DNA from: Flavobacteriales bacterium UBA7878
Lineage (GTDB): Bacteria > Bacteroidota > Bacteroidia > Flavobacteriales > Schleiferiaceae
Assembly (NCBI GenBank): GCA_002501205.1
Contig: DLRW01000073.1
Span: 48,287-112,286 of the forward strand
Reading direction: 5' to 3'
Length of the DNA stretch: 64,000 nt
This document shows positions 53,014 through 62,195 of the stretch, one piece after another. Positions within the stretch are counted from its first letter, which is position 1; each line of letters opens with the position of its first letter. A model generated the notes under the pieces. The model was not told the origin of the DNA. It did no database searches and saw only the letters and a program-made list of their open reading frames with translations. The translations under genes and the position numbers were made by a program.

Positions 53014-56000
53014 TTAAGATTCTGATTCATCCGTTTCGATCGCATAACTCTCGGTATAAGGGCGGTTATCCTCATCCTTAATCAGACTCTTACCTTCGGC
53101 CAGGCTACCAAATATGTAGTAGAGACCGGGTACGATAATCACCCCGAAGAGGGTACCGAACAACATGCCACCTAGAGCGGAAGCACCAATAGTACGGTTA
53201 CCTACGGCACCTGGGCCATGGGCCATTACCAGTGGAATCAAACCCGCGATAAAGGCAAAGGAGGTCATCAAAATGGGACGGAAGCGTACTCTCGCACCTT
53301 CAATAGCAGCTTCCAATACGCTAAAGCCTTGCTGGTTTTTCTGTACGGCAAATTCTACGATTAGAACCGCGTTTTTACCCAAGAGACCCACCAGCATTAC
53401 CAGACCTACCTGCGCGTAGATATCATTGGCTAATCCTAAGGTTTTAAGCAAGAGGAAGGAACCAAATACCCCGGCCGGTAAAGAGAAGATTACAGCTAAT
53501 GGCAGGATAAAGCTCTCGTACTGAGCAGCCAGTACCAGGTACACGAAACCGAGTACTACCAGGAAGATGTAGAGTGCTTCATTCCCACGTTTTACTTCAT
53601 CGCGGGATAAACCGATCCAGTCGATATCAAAACCACGAGGTAATTCACTGGCCACTTCTTGGATAGCAGCAATGGCCTCACCACTACTGTAACCATCAGC
53701 GGGGGCACCGTTAATGGCGGAAGAGGTATACATATTGAAACGGGTGATCTCATTCAGTCCCTGCGTTTTCTTCACTTTCATGAAGGAAGAGTAGGGCACC
53801 ATTTCATCCCGATCGTTTTTCACATAAAGCTTCATCAAGTCTTCGGGCAAGCGACGGTATTCGGGTGCAGCTTGAACGTAAACCTTGTAGAAACTACCAA
53901 AGCGAATGAAACCTTGCTCGTAGGTACTACCAATCAAAATTCCCAGGTTATCCATGGCTTTTCCAATGGATACCCCTTTTTGCATGGCAGCCTGGTTGTC
54001 GATTTCCAATTCGTATTGAGGGTAATTGGCCGCAAAGAAGGTGAAGAGACCGCTGAGCTCGGGACGCTCATGGAGTTTGGCCATAAACTCATCGTTTACC
54101 TTCTCAAAGGCTTTATAATCACCACTATTGGTTTTATCCAAAAGTCGCAGGGCAAAACCACCGGCGGCACCATAGCCAGGTACAGCAGGAGGTTGGAAGA
54201 ATTCGATAGTAGCACCTGGTATTTTATGCGCTTCTACCTCCAGTTCTTCAATGATTTCCCACACGTTTTCTTTCCGTGCCGACCAGGGTTTGAGGTTAAT
54301 CAAACAGGTACCAGCATTAGATCCCCGACCTTCGGTAAGTACCTCATATCCGGCCAATGCCGAAACCGATTGAATACCGTCAATTTCCTCAGCAATTTCT
54401 TGTAATTGGCGTGAAACGTCATTGGTACGTTCCAGGGTCGATCCGGGAGGCGTTTGGATAATTGCATAGATCATCCCCTGGTCTTCACTAGGGATAAAAC
54501 CGGCCGGAAGGATATTACTCACGCCAATAATACCAATACCAAAAGCCAACAACATGCCGAAGGTCACCAAACGACGGTTTACGATCTTCTTCAGTAAGGC
54601 AGCGTATTTGCCGGTAAGGCGATCGAAGGCATTGTTAAAGGCATCCAGACCGCGTTCCAGAATATTCATCTTGCGCTCCTTGCCGTGATTATTCTTCAAG
54701 ATCATGGCGCTTAATACCGGAGTAAGGGTAAGTGCTACTACCCCGGAAAGGATAATGGCCGTGGCCATGGTAATGGAGAACTGGCGATAGAAAATACCTA
54801 CCGGACCCGACATAAAGGCTACCGGTACGAATACCGCGGCCATCAGGAGGGTAATGGCGATTACGGCACCACTAATTTCATTCAGCACCAGCTTTACCGC
54901 TCGGAAAGGATTTAGTTCCGGGAAGTCGTGCATCTTGGCGTGCACCGCTTCTACCACTACGATCGCATCATCCACCACAATACCAATGGCCAATACCAAG
55001 GCAAAGAGGGTGATGAGGTTAATGGTGAGGCCAAAGGCCTGCATAAAGATGAAGGTACCAATTAACGATACGGGTACCGCCAGAGTTGGAATTAAGGTAG
55101 AACGCCAATCTCCCAGGAAGAGGAATACAACCAGAGCCACTAGTACAAAGGCTTCACCCAGCGTATGAATAACCTTTTCGATGGAGGCGTCGAGGAATCC
55201 TGATACGTCGTAGCTAATCTCATAATCCATTCCCGGAGGGAAATTTTCAATCTTGAGTTCCTCCAGTTTTTCTTTCACCTCCTCAATAACCTTGGAGGCA
55301 TTACTACCATAGGTTTGTTTAAGGGTAATAGCCGCAGAAGGACGATTATCGAGGTTGGAATAGATATCGTAAAATTCACTACCAAATTCAACTTCGGCGA
55401 TGTCCTTTAAATGCAGGATTTCACCCTCGGCATTCGCACGGATAATTACATCCTCGTATTGTTCTGGCTCATTATATCGACCGGGATAGGTAAGCACATA
55501 TTCCAAAGATTGGGAGGTTTTGCCTGAGCTCCGACCGATCCGGCCAGGAGAGCCGATTACGCTTTGTTCTGAAAGGGCCTCCATAACTTCCTCGGTAGAA
55601 ACATTATAGGCCCGCATCCGATCCGGTTTTAACCAGATACGCATGGCATACTGACGACTACCTAAGATTTTGGCCCGTCCTACACCCTTCAAGCGTTTCA
55701 GCTCGGGGAGGATATTTACACTGGCGTAGTTGTAGAGGAATTTTTGATCGGCCCTTTCATCCTCACTGTAGAGGTTCACATACATTAGCATGTTGGGCTG
55801 GGATCGACTCACGATAATACCTTCCCTTTGTACCAATGGCGGCAGTCGGTTAGTAACCTGCTCAATGCGGTTTTTAACACTTACTACTGCCTGGTTAGGA
55901 TCGGTACCCAAATCAAAAACTACCTGAATAGTGGCCTCACCAGCCGAAGTTGCATCGGAGGTCATATAGTTCATTCCCGGAGTGCCGTTGATGGACTTTT

Positions 56001-56196
56001 CCAGAGGAATAAGTACCGACTTCACCAATACATCTGCACTGGCACCGGGATAAGCGATAAAGATATTTACCCGTGGAGGGGCAATGGAGGGGAACTGAGA
56101 GATGGGTAGAGACTGGATGGCCAGCACTCCCATGAATATGATTACCAACGAAATACTGATCGACAGTACAGGTCGGCGAATGAATTGCTTAAACAT
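53014..56196 (-). CDS. RND efflux transporter permease (AcrB/HAE1-like)
   Basis: 1060 aa. The N-terminus is MFKQFIRRPVLSISISLVI, with a 12-TM, two-large-loop architecture and the conserved GIVVDDAIVVVE segment. Confidence 0.95.
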   Translation of the reverse strand: MFKQFIRRPVLSISISLVIIFMGVLAIQSLPISQFPSIAPPRVNIFIAYPGASADVLVKSVLIPLEKSINGTPGMNYMTSDATSAGEATIQVVFDLGTDPNQAVVSVKNRIEQVTNRLPPLVQREGIIVSRSQPNMLMYVNLYSEDERADQKFLYNYASVNILPELKRLKGVGRAKILGSRQYAMRIWLKPDRMRAYNVSTEEVMEALSEQSVIGSPGRIGRSSGKTSQSLEYVLTYPGRYNEPEQYEDVIIRANAEGEILHLKDIAEVEFGSEFYDIYSNLDNRPSAAITLKQTYGSNASKVIEEVKEKLEELKIENFPPGMDYEISYDVSGFLDASIEKVIHTLGEAFVLVALVVFLFLGDWRSTLIPTLAVPVSLIGTFIFMQAFGLTINLITLFALVLAIGIVVDDAIVVVEAVHAKMHDFPELNPFRAVKLVLNEISGAVIAITLLMAAVFVPVAFMSGPVGIFYRQFSITMATAIILSGVVALTLTPVLSAMILKNNHGKERKMNILERGLDAFNNAFDRLTGKYAALLKKIVNRRLVTFGMLLAFGIGIIGVSNILPAGFIPSEDQGMIYAIIQTPPGSTLERTNDVSRQLQEIAEEIDGIQSVSALAGYEVLTEGRGSNAGTCLINLKPWSARKENVWEIIEELEVEAHKIPGATIEFFQPPAVPGYGAAGGFALRLLDKTNSGDYKAFEKVNDEFMAKLHERPELSGLFTFFAANYPQYELEIDNQAAMQKGVSIGKAMDNLGILIGSTYEQGFIRFGSFYKVYVQAAPEYRRLPEDLMKLYVKNDRDEMVPYSSFMKVKKTQGLNEITRFNMYTSSAINGAPADGYSSGEAIAAIQEVASELPRGFDIDWIGLSRDEVKRGNEALYIFLVVLGFVYLVLAAQYESFILPLAVIFSLPAGVFGSFLLLKTLGLANDIYAQVGLVMLVGLLGKNAVLIVEFAVQKNQQGFSVLEAAIEGARVRFRPILMTSFAFIAGLIPLVMAHGPGAVGNRTIGASALGGMLFGTLFGVIIVPGLYYIFGSLAEGKSLIKDEDNRPYTESYAIETDESES

Positions 56197-56208
56197 GATG
56201 GCTGAAAA

Positions 56209-57291
56209 TTATTCGGCGTACAGTTTCAATTCTTTCCAAACGGCTTTGGGATCCTTCAATTCGAAGTTGATATGATCGCCATTACGCACTTTTCGAAGTC
56301 CTTCCAACAAGATGTGCTCACCTTCCAATAAGCCACCTGAGATGAGGTAAAGGTCTTCCATTTCATGTGCTACTTTGAGCTCACGCAGATGTACCACATG
56401 CTCTTCGTCGATCACAAAAACATAGTGTTTGTCGAGAATTTCGAAGGTGGCTTTTTGAGGAATGATCAAAGCGCTTTCGAGCTTGTCTTGCATAATGATG
56501 TTCCCGGTTTCACCGTGGCGCAGCAATCCACTAGGATTGGCGAAGGTGGCCCGGAAGGGAATATTACCCGTTTCATTATCGAAGTCAGCCTCAATAGCAC
56601 TCACTTTACCTTCATGCTGGAAGATGCGATCGTTGGCCATTCGCAATTGAACGGGCAATATGTGCTCTTTTTTTAATCGCTCCTGGTAATCGAGGTATTC
56701 GGCTTCAGGAACATTAAAGTACACCCACATTTCGCTGTTATCGGAAAGGGTGCTTAGCAATTCACCTTCGTCAATTAAGCTACCTTCTCGTACGTGGAAG
56801 CGGTCGATAATCCCGCCAAAGGGCGCTTTAATTTCGGTGAAGGACATATGGGTTTCGGCCAGGGAAAGCTCTGCTTTAGCTTTAGTATAGCGGGCTTTGG
56901 CCATGGCTAATTCGGCCGAAGAGACCACATCGCGATCGGCCAGAGACTTGGTGTTCTCGTATTCGATGCGCGCGAGTTCGGCCTCCGCTTTGGATTTCTC
57001 CAATTCGGCTTTGTAGATATTGGGCATAATGCGGAACAGCAATTGCCCTTCTTTTACCTGATCACCCTCATCCACATAAATGTGTTGCAAATAACCTCTT
57101 TCGAGGGCTCGCAATTCGATGTGGCGGATGGAGTGAATTTGACTTACGTATTCTTTGGAAAGTGCGGTGTCTACTCGCAATGCCGTGGTGGCAGTAAAGA
57201 CAGTTTCAGAATGGTGGTTTTCAGAATGCTCAGATTCACAGGCGCTTAAGATGCTTAAGGCCAGAATTCCGAAGCCAATGATTCGTCTCAT
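56209..57291 (-). CDS. RND periplasmic adaptor (membrane fusion protein)
   Basis: 360 aa with a lipoprotein-like signal (ILSAC). It has biotinyl-lipoyl-like and coiled-coil segments (V.EGQLLF.I....Y.AE...A.AEL). It is adjacent to the RND pump gene. Confidence 0.9.
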   Translation of the reverse strand: MRRIIGFGILALSILSACESEHSENHHSETVFTATTALRVDTALSKEYVSQIHSIRHIELRALERGYLQHIYVDEGDQVKEGQLLFRIMPNIYKAELEKSKAEAELARIEYENTKSLADRDVVSSAELAMAKARYTKAKAELSLAETHMSFTEIKAPFGGIIDRFHVREGSLIDEGELLSTLSDNSEMWVYFNVPEAEYLDYQERLKKEHILPVQLRMANDRIFQHEGKVSAIEADFDNETGNIPFRATFANPSGLLRHGETGNIIMQDKLESALIIPQKATFEILDKHYVFVIDEEHVVHLRELKVAHEMEDLYLISGGLLEGEHILLEGLRKVRNGDHINFELKDPKAVWKELKLYAE

Positions 57292-57412
57292 TTTGAGAAT
57301 TTTTGAATTGAATAATGGATGGGGTTGAGGTAAGAATTAGTAAAATCTTAACCCTTCCGGTACTTATTCTGCAGAAGGCAAAAGGGAGTCCGGAGCTCCG
57401 GTTTCAAAATGA

Positions 57413-57952
57413 TTAAATCCTGGCAGATGGAATTTTTAAACTGCAGAATCGCAAATAGAGAGGAATATCTCTACTGAATGAAATAGGGCTTTCGAGAAGG
57501 CTAATATGCTCTTCTGAAACACCAAAGACAAATTCTTCGATTTGTGAGGGCCAGGCAAAAAGGCTCCAGTCCAGTAAATCCTCTTCCGACTCGTTTTCCG
57601 AGGTGAGACTTTGGAATAAGGCGTGAATACTATTCTCCTTATCCTGTTTTTGAATATAGCTGGATTCGGTTTTTTCAAGCAGAATTAAGTTGGATTCTGC
57701 TGTACTTCCGGTTCCGCTAAAATGAGCCAGGGCAAGGGACAGACTGAGCTCGCCCAATAGAGAGAGTCCAGTTAATAAGAAGAGTATCCGTCCAAAAGCT
57801 CTTTTCAAAGCATGAGAATTACGGCGCGAAAGTATTAAAGAAAAGCACAGGAATAAAAATCCTAAGCTAAAAGTCCTATTAATATCGATTATCGGTAATG
57901 TTAGGATAAAAAAAACAGGGATCTTAAAAGACCCCTGTTTGTACTTACTCAT
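57413..57952 (-). CDS. Doubtful ORF (L/S-rich hypothetical membrane protein)
   Basis: 179-aa open frame with a single Met. A canonical intrinsic terminator lies within codons 5-15. It has low-complexity stretches and no recognisable family. Confidence 0.25.
   Translation of the reverse strand: MSKYKQGSFKIPVFFILTLPIIDINRTFSLGFLFLCFSLILSRRNSHALKRAFGRILFLLTGLSLLGELSLSLALAHFSGTGSTAESNLILLEKTESSYIQKQDKENSIHALFQSLTSENESEEDLLDWSLFAWPSQIEEFVFGVSEEHISLLESPISFSRDIPLYLRFCSLKIPSARI
57908..57938 (-). terminator. Strand-specific rho-independent terminator
   Basis: The minus-strand RNA reads ACAGGGGUC-UUUUAA-GAUCCCUGU followed by U7. The G-U pair forms only on the minus strand. This is the first strong terminator downstream of lysS. 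Confidence 0.7.
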
Positions 57953-58176
57953 ATATCAAACACCTCGAACCATTACAGTTCACCTGAGATGTTTTGTTCT
58001 TTACCCCCTAAATAACTTTCATCCGCAGATTCCATCAGGAGAGGTGTTTGATGGAATCAAAGTAAGGGACTTCAAGCCTTTTGGGTTGTAGCTCTTTGTT
58101 GGGGATTAGCCTAAACTTTAACTACAGAAAAGTCATTATAGGAATATTATAATCAAGTAAAGAATAGAGCGGTAAA

Positions 58177-59907
58177 TTAAGAAGCTTTAATGGCGATGCG
58201 CAGTCCGGCATCGGTCTTAGTTACTTCCGTTAGTCCATGCTTGGCTAATCCTTTTAGGCCTTTGTCCCATTGTTTATTGGATAAGCCTACTGCCGATTTT
58301 AATTCGTTTAGGTCCATTTCTTCTTTCTCTTTCAAGATTTCGAAAATGGCCTTTTCATTATCAGCTAGCTCTACTTTCTTTTCGGCTTTCTTCTCCGGTT
58401 TCATCTGAGGGAAGAAGAGGACTTCCTGGATAGAAGCATTATCGGTTAACATCATGGTTAAACGATCGATTCCAATTCCCATTCCAGAGGTTGGAGGCAT
58501 ACCATATTCCAGGGCGCGTAAGAAGTCCTGGTCAATAAACATGGCCTCATCATCCCCTTTCTCGCTTAAGCGTAATTGCTCTTCAAAACGCTCGCGTTGA
58601 TCGATAGGATCATTAAGCTCCGAATAGGCATTGGCCACTTCTTTACCATTAATCATCAGCTCAAAGCGCTCGGTATATTCAGGCTTATCGCGGTGCTTTT
58701 TACAAAGAGGCGACATCTCTACCGGATAGTCAGTAATAAAGGTTGGCTGGATATAATTGGGTTCACACTTCTCACCAAAGAGCTCATCAATCAATTTGCC
58801 CTTGCCCATGCTGGGGTCGGTTTCAATACCCAAATCGGCGCAAGCTGCACGCAATTCGTCTTCGCTCTTACCATCAATATCAAAGCCGGTATGCTCTAAA
58901 ATAGCTTCGCGCATACTAACTCTGGGGAAAGGTGTTTTAAAGCTAATTTCTTTGCCACTCAGGCTAACCGTAGTATTCCCTTTATGCACGGTTTTCACCA
59001 CATGCTCCAGCATTTGCTCGGTAAAGTCCATCATCCAGAAGTAGTCTTTATAGGCTACATAGATTTCCATTACGGTAAACTCTGGATTATGGGTGCGGTC
59101 CATACCTTCGTTACGGAAGTCCTTGGCGAATTCATAAACCCCTTCGAAGCCCCCTACAATCAGGCGCTTCAAATAAAGCTCATTGGCAATCCGCAGGTAC
59201 AATGGCATATTCAGCGCATTGTGATGCGTGATAAAAGGTCGAGCCGCCGCTCCACCAGGAATAGGCTGTAAAATGGGGGTCTCTACCTCCAAATAATCAA
59301 AGCGATTGAAGAATTCCCGCATGGCATTAATAATGCGTGTTCGGGTCACAAAGGTTTCTTTCACCTTGTCATTTACTACCAAATCCACATAGCGCATACG
59401 GTAGCGTTGCTCGGGATCCGTAAAGGCATCGTATACATTTCCTTCATCGTCCTTTTTAACGATCGGAAGGGGTTTAAGGCTTTTGCTTAATACCCTAAGA
59501 CTATCAGCCTCAATGGTAACCTCGCCCATCTGGGTGCGGAACACCTTACCGGTGATGCCAATAAAGTCACCAATATCCAGGTGGCGTTTAAAAACAATAT
59601 TGTAGAGGTCTTTATCTTCATCCGGGCAAAGAACATCGCGGTTCAGGTAAACCTGGATGCGACCTTTGCTATCCATCACATCCAGGAAGGAGGCCTTACC
59701 CATGATGCGTTTGGTCATGATCCTCCCGCTAATCTTAACTTGTTTCCATTCCTCAGCTTCTTCCGATTTCTCGAAACCTTCGAGAATGGAGCTTGAAAAA
59801 TGACTGGCCTCATAACGTGCAGCAGGATAAGGCTCAATGCCCATCTGCCTTAAGGCGGCCAGCGATTCGCGTCTTTGGATTTCCTGTTCGGAAAGATGTT
59901 GGCTCAT
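58177..59907 (-). CDS. lysS: Lysine--tRNA ligase (class II) with C-terminal extension
   Basis: 576 aa. It has an OB-fold anticodon-binding N-domain and class II motifs (FRNEGMD, GIGIDRL). About 75 extra C-terminal residues follow. Confidence 0.95.
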   Translation of the reverse strand: MSQHLSEQEIQRRESLAALRQMGIEPYPAARYEASHFSSSILEGFEKSEEAEEWKQVKISGRIMTKRIMGKASFLDVMDSKGRIQVYLNRDVLCPDEDKDLYNIVFKRHLDIGDFIGITGKVFRTQMGEVTIEADSLRVLSKSLKPLPIVKKDDEGNVYDAFTDPEQRYRMRYVDLVVNDKVKETFVTRTRIINAMREFFNRFDYLEVETPILQPIPGGAAARPFITHHNALNMPLYLRIANELYLKRLIVGGFEGVYEFAKDFRNEGMDRTHNPEFTVMEIYVAYKDYFWMMDFTEQMLEHVVKTVHKGNTTVSLSGKEISFKTPFPRVSMREAILEHTGFDIDGKSEDELRAACADLGIETDPSMGKGKLIDELFGEKCEPNYIQPTFITDYPVEMSPLCKKHRDKPEYTERFELMINGKEVANAYSELNDPIDQRERFEEQLRLSEKGDDEAMFIDQDFLRALEYGMPPTSGMGIGIDRLTMMLTDNASIQEVLFFPQMKPEKKAEKKVELADNEKAIFEILKEKEEMDLNELKSAVGLSNKQWDKGLKGLAKHGLTEVTKTDAGLRIAIKAS

Positions 59908-59923
59908 GACCTGAAATTTCGCG

Positions 59924-59931
59924 CAAAAGTA
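59924..59931 (-). promoter_or_regulatory. Candidate -7 promoter box (TACTTTTG on the minus strand) for lysS
   Basis: Exact TAnnTTTG match, 16 nt upstream of the lysS ATG at 59907. Confidence 0.35.
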
Positions 59932-60011
59932 CCGAATTTCTAATGCCCGACCTCAAGCTTTAATAGGCCATTGGTTTTAGTTATAGGCTTGCGCTTTTAA
60001 AAGGCCTCGCT

Positions 60012-60617
60012 CTAATGAAGGAAGTAGACGGTGCTAAATACGATGAGTAGTCCGCTGCAAAAGCCTAGCACCAATTCTTTGCCATTATGAGCCTTGAGAC
60101 TTAAGCGGGCGGAAGCCACAATGCCTGCCACCAAAATCAGGGCTCCAATAAAAGGAAGCAGGTTTAAACTGTATTTGGCAGAAACGGCCATTAACATGCC
60201 TAAAAAGCCTCCCAGTCCTCCTAAATGAGCACTGGATTTTAAGAAGCTGAGCAAGACTAAATGCAACAGAATAACATAAGCTGCTCCGGCCAGATATTGA
60301 TGCGCTTCGGCTGCCAGGCCAGCATTTTTTATTAGTAGAGAGGTGAGGTAAAAACTCAGAGCTCCAATGGTATAGGGCCAACGTCGATCCTCAGCCTTGT
60401 TCATCATCAGGCTACTAATCACGCGAAAGCGGTAGAGTAAAATACTAATCAAAACTGGGATGAGGTAGGTGCCGCAAAACACCATCAATAAAGAGAGCAG
60501 CACTACCTGGCGTGGATAGTGATAGGGCAGGTATTCGAATATGAAATATAGGCCTATTAAAGGGTATATCGCCGGATGAAAGAGGATGGAGATAAACTTG
60601 GCTAAGCGGATATTCAT
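60012..60617 (-). CDS. Polytopic membrane protein with PAP2-like phosphatase motifs
   Basis: 201 aa. It has KAEDRRWP (C1-like), SSAH (C2-like) and ARLSLKAHNGKE (C3-like, R-x5-H-x3-E). Its ATG directly abuts the rpoN stop. Confidence 0.45.
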   Translation of the reverse strand: MNIRLAKFISILFHPAIYPLIGLYFIFEYLPYHYPRQVVLLSLLMVFCGTYLIPVLISILLYRFRVISSLMMNKAEDRRWPYTIGALSFYLTSLLIKNAGLAAEAHQYLAGAAYVILLHLVLLSFLKSSAHLGGLGGFLGMLMAVSAKYSLNLLPFIGALILVAGIVASARLSLKAHNGKELVLGFCSGLLIVFSTVYFLH

Positions 60618-62078
60618 TTAGAGTTGCTTGCGTAAACGGGCTACCGGAATATCCAGTTGTTCCCGGTATTTAGCTACAGTGCGACGGGCAATGGGATAGC
60701 CTTTGTCTTTTAAGAGCTGGGCCAGTTTATCATCGGTAAGAGGCTTGCGTTTATCTTCTTCAGAAACGGAAACCTCTAAGATTTTCTTGATTTCGCGGGT
60801 ACTTACATCTTCCCCGGCATCATTCTTCATGCTTTCGCTGAAAAATTCTTTAATCAGGAAAGTTCCATAAGGAGTACTCACATATTTGTTGCTGGCGACC
60901 CTGGACACGGTAGATATGTCCATCCCAATTTCATCGGCAATGTCCTTCAAAATCATGGGGCGAAGCTTTAATTCATCGCCAGTTAGGAAATAATCTTTTT
61001 GATATTCCATGATAGCCCCCATGGTAAGCATTAAGGTTTGCTGTCTTTGCTTAATTGCTTCGATAAACCATTTGGCACCATCCAGTTTTTGCTTAACAAA
61101 AAGGGCGGCTTCTTTCTGCGCTTTGTTTTCTTTTTGGCCTTGGCGATAGGTTTCCAGCATTTCGCGGTACTCCCTACTTACATTAAGCTCGGGGGCATTG
61201 CGACTATTTAGGGTCAATTCCAATTCGCCCTCTACAATGCGTAAGGTATAATCAGGAACCACTACCTGTACTTCGCGATTGCTATTGCTGGTGCTGTTGC
61301 CGGGCTTGGGGTTAAGGCGGGTGATTTCCAGTATCGCCAAGCGTAAATCTTCCTCATCCAACTCCAAGCGCTGGATCAATTTTTCATAGTGCTTTTTGGT
61401 AAACTCATCGAAGAAGTCTTCCAGAATTTCCAGTGCTAATCTTTGATGGTAACTGCTTTCTTCCTGACGTAATTGAATCATCAGGCATTCCCGCAAATTG
61501 CGTGCACCAACTCCGGCAGGCTCCAGGGCCTGAATAAGTTTTAGGTAGCGCTCCAATTGCTCTTCCTCTACAAATATGTTTTGGGTAAAAGCCAGGTCAT
61601 CAACTATGGCGCTAAGCTCTCGACGGATATAGCCATCATCATCAATGTTTCCGACCAGATATTCTGCGATCTGGCGACCTTGCTCATCGAGGGGATAGGT
61701 GCCTAATTGTTCCAGCAGAAATTCGTGAAAGCTTTTTCCACCGGTAATGGGGACCTTGCTTTCTTCATCGTCGGGCGAATAATTATTGGCTTGTAAACGA
61801 TAGTCAGGAATTTCATCATCACTCAGATACTCATCCACATTGATGTCTTCCGCCTCAATGCGTTCCTCTTCTCTTTCGTTTTCCTGATTGTCAAATTCGA
61901 GATCCTCGCTATCGTTTTCGCTTTCCTCCTTGCCTTCTTCCAAGGCGGGATTGCTTTCCAGTTCTTCCTTAATTTTTTGCTCAAAAGCCAGGGTCGGCAA
62001 CTGAATCAGCTTCATGAGCTGAATCTGCTGCGGACTGAGTTTTTGCAGTAATTTTTGGTTGAGCTGTTGTTTAAGCAT
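60618..62078 (-). CDS. rpoN: RNA polymerase sigma-54 factor
   Basis: 486 aa. It has a Gln/Leu-rich N-terminus, an acidic region II, and an HTH plus RpoN box ARRTVAKYREQL at the C-terminus. Confidence 0.95.
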   Translation of the reverse strand: MLKQQLNQKLLQKLSPQQIQLMKLIQLPTLAFEQKIKEELESNPALEEGKEESENDSEDLEFDNQENEREEERIEAEDINVDEYLSDDEIPDYRLQANNYSPDDEESKVPITGGKSFHEFLLEQLGTYPLDEQGRQIAEYLVGNIDDDGYIRRELSAIVDDLAFTQNIFVEEEQLERYLKLIQALEPAGVGARNLRECLMIQLRQEESSYHQRLALEILEDFFDEFTKKHYEKLIQRLELDEEDLRLAILEITRLNPKPGNSTSNSNREVQVVVPDYTLRIVEGELELTLNSRNAPELNVSREYREMLETYRQGQKENKAQKEAALFVKQKLDGAKWFIEAIKQRQQTLMLTMGAIMEYQKDYFLTGDELKLRPMILKDIADEIGMDISTVSRVASNKYVSTPYGTFLIKEFFSESMKNDAGEDVSTREIKKILEVSVSEEDKRKPLTDDKLAQLLKDKGYPIARRTVAKYREQLDIPVARLRKQL

Positions 62079-62195
62079 GGTGCAATTTGGCTGGGTGAAG
62101 TTAAGAAAAAGCGGCTCGACCTATCAAAGATTCTGCCGTTTTTGCTCAAGCTTAACAAACTGCGTGCCAGCTCCCGATTTTAAAGGATCAGTGCC

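Noticed and set aside
53659-54405. 248-aa plus-strand ORF antisense to the RND pump gene, plus the other antisense ORFs at 53165, 54854 and 55828
   Set aside because: The opposite strand encodes a full-length, motif-complete 1060-aa RND transporter. The antisense frames have no recognisable features.
57436-57678. 80-aa alternative-frame ORF inside the doubtful ORF 57413..57952
   Set aside because: It has no family signal. Its presence mainly underlines that coding status across 57.4-57.95 kb is unresolved.
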